The notes beneath the pieces were generated by a model that saw nothing but the letters and a program-made list of their open reading frames with translations, had not been told where the DNA came from and searched no databases. The position numbers and the translations under genes were made by a program. From positions 512,001-576,000 of the forward strand of contig CAVQKE010000003.1 in NCBI GenBank assembly GCA_963713045.1: DNA of 64,000 nt, in the 5' to 3' direction. This DNA comes from an uncultured delta proteobacterium. GTDB taxonomy: Bacteria > Myxococcota > Myxococcia > Myxococcales > Myxococcaceae. Shown here piece after piece: positions 22,136 to 29,693 of this stretch; position 1 is the stretch's first letter, and each line of letters opens with the position of its first letter.

Positions 22136-23136
22136 CAGCCGGCCTTGGTGCGCGTCGCGGCAGCCGCGGGCGCCGAGAGGTAACTGTGGGGAGCAGCGAG
22201 AAACTTCTCCCGGCAGCGGGGGTTGCAGAAATAGAACGTACGCCCGTCGTATTGGCCGATGTGGCGCGCCGTGGCCACGGCCACCGTCATGCCGCACACC
22301 GGGTCGAGCTCCTCCCGGCCTTCGGGCGCCTCCTCGGCGGGGGTGGTGTCGGCGCGAAGCCGACGCAACTGCACCACCTCGGCAAGGATGCTCAACGCAA
22401 CCTCCTCTGGAAGTCGCGCGCCGAGGTCCAGGCCGGCGGGACTCTTGACGCGCTCCAGCGCCTCGTGCGTCACCCCGCGCAACAGAAGCGTCTCGCGCAG
22501 CTGGGCGAAGCGGTTGCGGCTGGCCACCACGCCCAGGTAGGCGGGCTGCGCGGCGAGGGCGGCGGCCACCGACTCTTCGTCATCCTCACCCATGGTGGCC
22601 ACCACCGCGAACAGGCGCTCCGAAGCGGCTGGCATCCGCAGCTCAGGTGCGGCGAAGTCATTGAATGTTCGGTCAGCGCCTTGGATGGCGCCCGGGGCGG
22701 CACGCCGGTCCACGACGTCCACCGCATAGCCGAGCGCCTTGCCGAGTTGGGCCAGCGCGCGGACCACCGGAGAGAGGCCAAACAACAGCAGCCGCGGCGC
22801 CGGAAGAATGGGCTCAAGGTAAATGTCCACGCTGCCTCCGCTTTGGCAGGTCATCGGCAGTGCGGTAATTCCCGGCCGCTGCTCCCGCTCTGGCTCCGGG
22901 GACAGGGACAGCAGGCGCGGGCGGCCATCGAGGAGCGCGCGGCGGGCTTCGCGCTTCACGGTGGGCTGGGTGCAGTTGCCGCCGAGCCAGCCGTGGTAGC
23001 TGCCATCTTTTGTGATGAGGGCCATGTCCCCCTGCTGGGCCGAGCTGTAGGACTCGCGGCGAACCACCATCGCCAGCACGAAGGGCTCGCCGCGGTGTGC
23101 GAGGTCCGCCGCCAACTGGAGGAGCTCGGCACGCAT
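22135..23136 (-). CDS. XdhC/CoxI-CoxF family Mo-cofactor chaperone with C-terminal YHS domain
   Basis: GWLGGNC, MTCQSGG.VDIYLEP, YLGVVAS, PAGLDLGA..PEEVALSI; tail DPVCGMTV...FYFCNPRC. Confidence 0.9.
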   Translation of the reverse strand: MRAELLQLAADLAHRGEPFVLAMVVRRESYSSAQQGDMALITKDGSYHGWLGGNCTQPTVKREARRALLDGRPRLLSLSPEPEREQRPGITALPMTCQSGGSVDIYLEPILPAPRLLLFGLSPVVRALAQLGKALGYAVDVVDRRAAPGAIQGADRTFNDFAAPELRMPAASERLFAVVATMGEDDEESVAAALAAQPAYLGVVASRNRFAQLRETLLLRGVTHEALERVKSPAGLDLGARLPEEVALSILAEVVQLRRLRADTTPAEEAPEGREELDPVCGMTVAVATARHIGQYDGRTFYFCNPRCREKFLAAPHSYLSAPAAAATRTKAG

Positions 23137-23139
23137 CGC

Positions 23140-23754
23140 CTAGCCCTCTCCCAGCTCGGCCAACACCGCGTCCACATCCGCCGGAACGTCCAAGTCCACC
23201 AGCGCCGAGGCGGGCCAAGAGACGAGAAGACTTTCGCTCCGGTGCCGCTTCACGACGCGCTTGCCGCAGCCGTCGCCTTCCAGGGCGAGTAGTTCGGCAA
23301 ACAGCGAACGGTCGTACAGCATCGGCGGGGCGTCGACCCCGTCGTAATGCGAAACCACCAGGCGGGCCGTCCCTTCCCGGTAGCGCGTGGCCAGGGTGCG
23401 CACCATGTCTGAGGTGACAAAGGGCATGTCGGCCAGCATCACCAGGGCAGCCTGCGCCTGCGGCGGCACCGCGGCAATCCCGGCGCGCACCGAACTGTGG
23501 AGGCCCTCGGCGTAATGCGGGTTGTGCACCGTGGTGCAGCGTAGCCCGAGCAGCTCTGCCTGCACCCGTTCGCTGTCGTGCCCGCACACCACCAACACCG
23601 GTTCTAGCCCCGCGGCGAGCGCGGTGCCCACCGCGCGGCGCACCACGCTCTGCTCTCCGAGGGGAAGCAGCAGTTTGTTGCGGCCCATCCGACTCGACGT
23701 CCCGGCGGCGAGGACGACGGCCGCCACCACGGCTGCGTCGCGCTCAGCGGGCAT
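23140..23754 (-). CDS. mocA: molybdenum cofactor cytidylyltransferase-like nucleotidyltransferase
   Basis: LAAGTSSRMG.NKLLL, LADMP, GD.G, DLD.P.D; leads the cox operon. Confidence 0.85.
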   Translation of the reverse strand: MPAERDAAVVAAVVLAAGTSSRMGRNKLLLPLGEQSVVRRAVGTALAAGLEPVLVVCGHDSERVQAELLGLRCTTVHNPHYAEGLHSSVRAGIAAVPPQAQAALVMLADMPFVTSDMVRTLATRYREGTARLVVSHYDGVDAPPMLYDRSLFAELLALEGDGCGKRVVKRHRSESLLVSWPASALVDLDVPADVDAVLAELGEG

Positions 23755-23912
23755 GACACTCCCGGTTCGGCTTCACCGTTGCCGTCGTCAAGCGCAGCAG
23801 AGCGGCCCGGCGGCCGGCGAGCAGAAGCGGTGACCCACCGCGCTGGTGGTCATCCAACACGAGCCCTCCAGCAACAGACGCTCAACGTCTCGTATTCTCG
23901 TGCTGTTCGAGT

Positions 23913-23918
23913 TGTCAA
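23913..23918 (-). promoter_or_regulatory. possible sigma70 -35 box (TTGACA) for the mocA-cox operon
   Basis: Perfect TTGACA on the minus strand in the divergent gap; the matching -10 is poor. Confidence 0.3.
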
Positions 23919-23967
23919 CGTGCAAACTAGATTGACGGCCGAAGGGCGCCCCAACAGGGAGGGGAAC

Positions 23968-25077
23968 GTGCGCATCGGTGTTCCGCGAGAAACCCTCGAG
24001 GGCGAGCGGCGGGTGGCGCTGATGCCTGACGCGGTGAGTCGGCTGGTTAAAGCAGGCGTCGAAGTCGCGGTCGAAGCGGGGGCAGGCACCGCCGCCTTTG
24101 CCCCGGACGAAGCCTACGGCAAGGCCGGCGCCCAGCTGGCCACGGCTGAGGCGGTTTGGGGCCGGAGCGACCTCATCACCAAGGTCCGCCGTCCCACGGA
24201 CGCGGAAGTCGCCCGGCTACATGACGAGGGCGCGGCGGTGGTGGCCCTGGTGGGGAGCGGGCCGCACGAGGAATTGCTGGCGCTGTTGAACGCGCGCAAG
24301 GCGTCGTTTCTCGCACTGGAGCGCGTCCCCCGCATTACCCGCGCGCAGTCGATGGACGTTTTGTCCTCCCAGGCCACGGTGGCGGGTTACAAGGCGGTGC
24401 TCCTCGGGGCGAGCGAATTGCCTCGGCTACTGCCGATGCTGACCACGGCGGCCGGGACGCTGGCCCCAGCTCGCGTGTTTGTCCTAGGCGCCGGGGTGGC
24501 TGGGCTGCAGGCCATCGCCACCGCGAAGCGGCTGGGGGCGGTGGTGTCTGCCTTCGACATCCGCGCCGCGGCCGCCGAGCAGGTGAAAAGCCTTGGCGCC
24601 ACCTTCGTCAGCGGCGAGCTGGCCTCGGACGAAGCGCAGACCGCCGGCGGCTACGCGAAGCAGCAGACGGCGGCCGAGCGCTCGCGCACCCTGGCCGCCA
24701 TCTCCGAGCACTTGCCTTCGGTCGACTTGGTCATCGGCACCGCACAAATCCCCGGCAAGCCGGCCCCGGAGCTCATCACCGGCGCCATGCTTCAGCGGAT
24801 GAAACCGGGCAGTGTGGTGGTGGACTTGGCGGCAGAGACGGGCGGCAACTGCGCCGTCACCCGGCCTGGGGAGCGCGTGGAAGTCGACCAGGTGCTGGTG
24901 CTCGGTCCACTCAACGTCGCCGCCAGTGTGCCCATCCACGCCAGCCAGATGTTTAGCCGCAACGTGCTGACGCTGGCGCAGCACTTGGTCAAGGACGGCC
25001 AACTGGTCATCGACCCGACCGATGAAATCACCCGCGCCATGCTGCTGACTTACCGAGGAGAGGTGTTCGTCCCGTGA
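23968..25077 (+). CDS. pntAA: NAD(P) transhydrogenase subunit alpha part 1
   Basis: IGVPRE...ERRVA, PRITRAQSMDVLSSQ, GAGVAGLQAI, GGYA, DLAAETGGNC; GTG start after GGGAGG. Confidence 0.94.
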   Translation: MRIGVPRETLEGERRVALMPDAVSRLVKAGVEVAVEAGAGTAAFAPDEAYGKAGAQLATAEAVWGRSDLITKVRRPTDAEVARLHDEGAAVVALVGSGPHEELLALLNARKASFLALERVPRITRAQSMDVLSSQATVAGYKAVLLGASELPRLLPMLTTAAGTLAPARVFVLGAGVAGLQAIATAKRLGAVVSAFDIRAAAAEQVKSLGATFVSGELASDEAQTAGGYAKQQTAAERSRTLAAISEHLPSVDLVIGTAQIPGKPAPELITGAMLQRMKPGSVVVDLAAETGGNCAVTRPGERVEVDQVLVLGPLNVAASVPIHASQMFSRNVLTLAQHLVKDGQLVIDPTDEITRAMLLTYRGEVFVP

Positions 25078-25379
25078 CTGCCACCACCATCATCCAGCTG
25101 TACGTCTTCGTCCTGGCCGGCTTCGTCGGCTACCTGGTCATCACCCGGGTTCCGCCGCTGCTGCACACGCCGTTGATGTCAGCCACCAACGCCATTTCCG
25201 CCATCTCCTTGGTGGGGTCGCTGGTGGTGGCCGGTGCCAACCGAGGGACGGCAAGCACGGTTCTCGGCTTCATCGCCGTCACCGCCGCCACCATCAACGT
25301 GGTCGGCGGATTTCTCATCACCGACCGGATGCTGAGGATGTTTCGGCGCCACCAGCTTCCCCAAGGGGAGAAGAAGTGA
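25074..25379 (+). CDS. pntAB: NAD(P) transhydrogenase subunit alpha part 2
   Basis: LHTPLMSATNAIS, NVVGGFLITDRML. Confidence 0.95.
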   Translation: MTATTIIQLYVFVLAGFVGYLVITRVPPLLHTPLMSATNAISAISLVGSLVVAGANRGTASTVLGFIAVTAATINVVGGFLITDRMLRMFRRHQLPQGEKK

Positions 25380-26767
25380 ACAACCGGGAGCTGGGCATCC
25401 AGGCGATTTACCTCGCCTCCTCCATCCTCTTCATCCTCGGGTTGAAAAGCCTCACCCGGCCAGAATACGCGCGCCGAGGAATGCAGCAGGCAGCGGTCGG
25501 GATGCTGCTGGCCATCGTCGGCACGCTGTTTCAACAAGAGATTGTCCGGTTCGACTGGATTGCCGGCGGCCTCATCCTCGGCAGCGTCATCGGCTACCCG
25601 CTGGGCATGTTCGTCCCGATGACGGCCATGCCTCAGCGAATTGCCATCTCGCACCTCTTCGGCGCCCTGGCCGCGACGCTGGTGGGCGTGGCCGAGTACT
25701 GGCACGGCGGTTACGGCAGTGACATCCCCCATGGACGGATGGCGGCGCTCGGCTTCGAGGTGCTCTTCGGCGGACTGACCGTCACTGGCAGCTTCATGGC
25801 ATTCGGGAAGCTGCAGGAATTCATCACCGGCACTCCAGTGACGTACCGCGGACAGAATGCCATCAACCTGTCGCTGTTCGCGGTGACCTTCGGGCTCTTC
25901 GCCTACCTCATCTTCGTGCCCACGGCGACGGTGGTCTTCTACTTGATGATTGCCGTCGCCCTCTGCATCGGGGTGCTGATGGTGCTGCCCATCGGCGGTG
26001 CGGACATGCCGGTGGTGGTGTCGCTGCTGAATTCCTACGCCGGCCTTGCCTCCAGCGCCACCGGCTTCGCCATCGGCAACAACGTCCTCATCATCGCCGG
26101 TGCCCTGGACGGCGCCTCGGGTTTCCTGCTGAGCGTCATCATGAGCAAGGCGATGAACCGCTCCTTTGGCAACGTCCTCTTTGGCGCCTTCGGTAGCCCA
26201 CAGCTGGCCGCTGGCAGCAAGACTGCCGAGGGACTGACGGTGCGTTCCGTCACCCCGGAGGATGCGGCGATGCGACTCGGCTACGCAGGGAAAGTCATCT
26301 TTGTCCCGGGCTACGGAATGGCCGTCGCCCAGGCCCAGCACCAGGTGCGCGAGCTGGCGGAGCTCATCGAAAAAAAGGGCGGGGAGGTGAAGTTCGCCAT
26401 CCATCCAGTCGCCGGGCGCATGCCAGGGCACATGAATGTGCTCCTCGCCGAAGCCAATGTTCCCTATGACGAGCTCTATGACATGGAGGCGATTAATCCG
26501 GCCTTTCCGGAGACGGACGTGGCGGTGGTGATTGGCGCTAACGACGTGGTCAACCCTGCAGCGCGCAATGACCCGAAGAGTCCCATCTTCGGGATGCCCA
26601 TCCTCGACGTCGACAAGGCCAAGTCGGTGATTGTCCTCAAACGCAGCATGAATCCCGGCTTCGCGGGCATTGAGAATGAGTTGTTTTACAACGACAAGAC
26701 ATCCATGCTTTTCGGGGATGCCAAAGCGTCGCTGAGTAAGCTTATTTCCGAGGTGAAGGCGCTTTAG
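25376..26767 (+). CDS. pntB: NAD(P) transhydrogenase subunit beta
   Basis: MTAMPQ, IGGADMPVVVSLLNSY, PGYGMAVAQAQH, HPVAGRMPGHMNVLLAEA. Confidence 0.96.
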   Translation: MNNRELGIQAIYLASSILFILGLKSLTRPEYARRGMQQAAVGMLLAIVGTLFQQEIVRFDWIAGGLILGSVIGYPLGMFVPMTAMPQRIAISHLFGALAATLVGVAEYWHGGYGSDIPHGRMAALGFEVLFGGLTVTGSFMAFGKLQEFITGTPVTYRGQNAINLSLFAVTFGLFAYLIFVPTATVVFYLMIAVALCIGVLMVLPIGGADMPVVVSLLNSYAGLASSATGFAIGNNVLIIAGALDGASGFLLSVIMSKAMNRSFGNVLFGAFGSPQLAAGSKTAEGLTVRSVTPEDAAMRLGYAGKVIFVPGYGMAVAQAQHQVRELAELIEKKGGEVKFAIHPVAGRMPGHMNVLLAEANVPYDELYDMEAINPAFPETDVAVVIGANDVVNPAARNDPKSPIFGMPILDVDKAKSVIVLKRSMNPGFAGIENELFYNDKTSMLFGDAKASLSKLISEVKAL

Positions 26768-26824
26768 ACAGCAAAACCGTCCGCCCACCGGCGACGCAAG
26801 CCCCCTTTGCCACCTTCCAACACC

Positions 26825-29563
26825 ATGGGGCGCCCGCTCCCTTTTGTCAGCCCGCGCGAGGTACTTCGGTTGGGCCTCGCCGGCTTTCTTGTCGCGGCAT
26901 GCGCCACGCCCACGCCGGCACCCCCTCCGCCAGAGCCGGCCGACGCCGGGCCCAGTGCGACGGCCACCGGGCGCGCGCTGCCGGAGGCCCCCGCGCTCCG
27001 GCTTCCCACCACCGTTCGCCCAGTGGGCGAAGCCCTGGCGCTGCGCCTCATCCCAGCCGCATCCACCTTTTCTGGCACAGCCACCCTGGAATTGAATTTC
27101 GAGTCGGAAGCGGACCACTTCTGGCTTCACGCGGAAGGACTGACGCTGGACGAGGCGAGGCTGACGGCCGGCGCTCGGCAGCTCCCGGTGCGGATAACGC
27201 CCGTCGGTGGGGAGTTGTGGCTGGTCCAAATGGCCCATCCCCAAGGACCGGGAGAGGCAACGCTGGTGCTGCGGTACACAGGCCTCATCGACACCGAGCG
27301 AAGCCGTGGCATTTACCGGGTGGACGAAGGCACGACGCCCTACCTCTACACCTTCTTCGAAGCGCTGGACGCCCGCCGCGCCTTTCCCTGCTTCGACGAG
27401 CCCGCCTTCAAAATCCCCTGGACACTGTCCCTCACCGTCCCCACGTCGGACGAGGCCTTCGCCAACTCGGCGGCGGTTTCGACGACGGACGCAGGCGGGG
27501 GCCTAAAAACCGTCACCTTCGCCCCGACACGGCCGCTTCCCAGTTACCTGGTGGCCTTCGTGGTGGGACCCTTCGAGGTGGTCAACGGCCAACCGGCGGG
27601 CAACGAGGGCATTCCTTTGCGATTCCTGGTGCCACAGGGGCGGGCGAGTGAGTTGCACTATGCCCAGGAGTTTCTGCCGAAGGCGGTGAAGCAGCTTGAA
27701 GACTTGACGGGCGTCCCCTACCCGTACGGGAAACTGGATGTGGCGGTGGTGCCGCGCTACTGGGGCACCATGGAGCACCCGGGGCTGGTGGCCCTGGGCC
27801 AGCCCATCCTCCTCATTCCGGTTGGCCAAGAATCTCCGCGGCGGCGGCAATTCGCCGTCAACATCACCACGCACGAGCTTGCGCACTACTGGTTTGGGGA
27901 CCTGGTCACCGCACTCTGGTGGGACGACCTTTGGCTTCACGAGGCACTCGGTACCTGGCTGGACTTGAAGGCCACCGACGCTGTCGACCCCTCGTTTCGC
28001 TTCAGCCGGCAGGCGCTGGCACGCCGAGCCTCGGCACTTGCGGCGGACGCGCTACCAACGGCGAGGGCGGTCCGCCAGCCGGTGCTGGCGCCGACCGACA
28101 TTGAAGCCTCGTTTGACGCAGCGCTGACCTACGACAAGGGCTCCATCGTGCTCGCGATGTTTGAACAGTGGGTGGGCCCGCGAGCTTGGAAACGCGGAGT
28201 GCAGCTGTACCTCGAGCGCAACGCGGACAAGAACGCCACCGCCGAGGAATTTTTCCGCGCGATGGACGAGGGCAGCGGCCGTCCGGTGGGCGATTCCCTC
28301 TCCAGCTTCCTCGTCCAGCCGGGCGCGCCAATCGTGTCGGTGGCGCTGCGCTGCAACACAGGCGAGCTGCCAGTGCTTGAATTGCAGCAGGAGCGCTTTC
28401 TCGTCGAGCGCAGCGCCACGCCGCCCACCGCCACCTGGCAGCTGCCGGTTTGCGTGCGTGCAGCCTGGGGGAAGCAAGTGGAGCGCGCCTGCGTCCTCCT
28501 CAGCCAGGCGCAGGCCGAGCTGACACTCCCCGTCGGCGGCTGTCCCAATTTCGTCACTGCCAACGAGGGGGGCCTCGGCTACTACCGGGTGGCCTACGCC
28601 CCACCGCTGCGCCAAGCCCTGCTGAAGCAGCTGGAGGACTTCCAGCCGGTGGAACTGGCCAGCTTCGCCTCGGACATGATGGCGCTCGCGCGGCGAGGAG
28701 ACGTCCCCGCGGAGGAGGCCCTCGCTTTGGGCGCGGTCCTGGTCCGGGAGAAGGACTCGGACGTCGTCCTGGCCGGCCTGGACTTGCTCGCGCTGCCCAG
28801 GCGGGGAAGCCTCTCCATGGAGCTGCGTGCCGCTCAGTCGGCGCGGCTTCAGGCATTGCTTGGCAAGCGGGCCCGGGGCCTGGGGTGGAAAGAAAGGCCC
28901 ACCGACTCCCCTGACGAGCGCCGGCTACGCCCAGTGGTGCTGCCCCTGGTAGCGCTTGAGGGGAGGGACGGGTGGCTGTCGGCGGAGGCGCGCCGGCGGG
29001 CAGAAGCGTGGCTGCGCAGCGCTGCCAGCGTGGAGGAGGACTTGGTTGCTGCGGTGCTGTCCACTGCCGCAGCCAGTGGGGACGACGCGCTCTTCGAGGC
29101 CCTGGTGCAAGCCAGTCACAGCCTTCCCAGTCGCGAGAGTCGCCGGCAGGCGATTGTGGCGCTCGGCGCCTTTCGGGACGCCAGCCTGGCGGCGCGGGCC
29201 CGGGAGCTGCTGTTGGACAAGGAGAATGACTTGAGAGACTGGGCCGTCCTGTTGGAGGCCCAGCTTTCGACGGATGAAACGCAGGACGAGGCCTACGCTT
29301 TTGTCGACAGGCACTTCGAGGCCTTGAGGGCCCGCATGCGAGACGACGAGGTGGCAAAGCTACTGGGCAGCTTCGGCGCCTTCTGCGATGCGAAAATGCG
29401 CGCCAAGGTGGAAGCCAGTTTCGCCTCCCGGGCCGCCCAAGTGGACGGCGGGGCCTTTCGGCTGGCCCAGGCGCTCCAGGCGATTGAAGGGTGCACTCGG
29501 GCCCAAAGCCGAATGCGCACGGGAGTGACGGCGTGGCTCGCTCCCGCCACCGGCCCTCGCTAG
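26825..29563 (+). CDS. M1 family aminopeptidase, probable lipoprotein, with ERAP1-like C-terminal domain
   Basis: Lipobox VAAC, ARRAFPCFDEP, GTMEH, HELAH-x18-E (WLHE), YDKG. Confidence 0.9.
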   Translation: MGRPLPFVSPREVLRLGLAGFLVAACATPTPAPPPPEPADAGPSATATGRALPEAPALRLPTTVRPVGEALALRLIPAASTFSGTATLELNFESEADHFWLHAEGLTLDEARLTAGARQLPVRITPVGGELWLVQMAHPQGPGEATLVLRYTGLIDTERSRGIYRVDEGTTPYLYTFFEALDARRAFPCFDEPAFKIPWTLSLTVPTSDEAFANSAAVSTTDAGGGLKTVTFAPTRPLPSYLVAFVVGPFEVVNGQPAGNEGIPLRFLVPQGRASELHYAQEFLPKAVKQLEDLTGVPYPYGKLDVAVVPRYWGTMEHPGLVALGQPILLIPVGQESPRRRQFAVNITTHELAHYWFGDLVTALWWDDLWLHEALGTWLDLKATDAVDPSFRFSRQALARRASALAADALPTARAVRQPVLAPTDIEASFDAALTYDKGSIVLAMFEQWVGPRAWKRGVQLYLERNADKNATAEEFFRAMDEGSGRPVGDSLSSFLVQPGAPIVSVALRCNTGELPVLELQQERFLVERSATPPTATWQLPVCVRAAWGKQVERACVLLSQAQAELTLPVGGCPNFVTANEGGLGYYRVAYAPPLRQALLKQLEDFQPVELASFASDMMALARRGDVPAEEALALGAVLVREKDSDVVLAGLDLLALPRRGSLSMELRAAQSARLQALLGKRARGLGWKERPTDSPDERRLRPVVLPLVALEGRDGWLSAEARRRAEAWLRSAASVEEDLVAAVLSTAAASGDDALFEALVQASHSLPSRESRRQAIVALGAFRDASLAARARELLLDKENDLRDWAVLLEAQLSTDETQDEAYAFVDRHFEALRARMRDDEVAKLLGSFGAFCDAKMRAKVEASFASRAAQVDGGAFRLAQALQAIEGCTRAQSRMRTGVTAWLAPATGPR

Positions 29564-29646
29564 ACGTTTGGGGCGGCGGACATCGAATCCGGGGGGCGCG
29601 GTGGAACCGGGATGGCCAAGCGGAAGCTTCGACTTCCAGCCCAACC

Positions 29647-29685
29647 GGGCCGGGCTGTGGGGGGGTTCGGCCCACAGCCCGGCCC
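29647..29685. terminator. 15-bp perfect GC hairpin between convergent genes
   Basis: GGGCCGGGCTGTGGG-(9 nt)-CCCACAGCCCGGCCC; no clear U-tract. Confidence 0.55.
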
Positions 29686-29693
29686 CACGCCAG

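Noticed and set aside
26768..26810. GCAAAACC...GGCGACGCAAGCC resembling a c-di-GMP-I riboswitch
   Set aside because: No GNRA tetraloop or second stem; gap too short
25130..27244. 704-aa minus-strand ORF
   Set aside because: Antisense to pntAB/pntB; no recognisable domain
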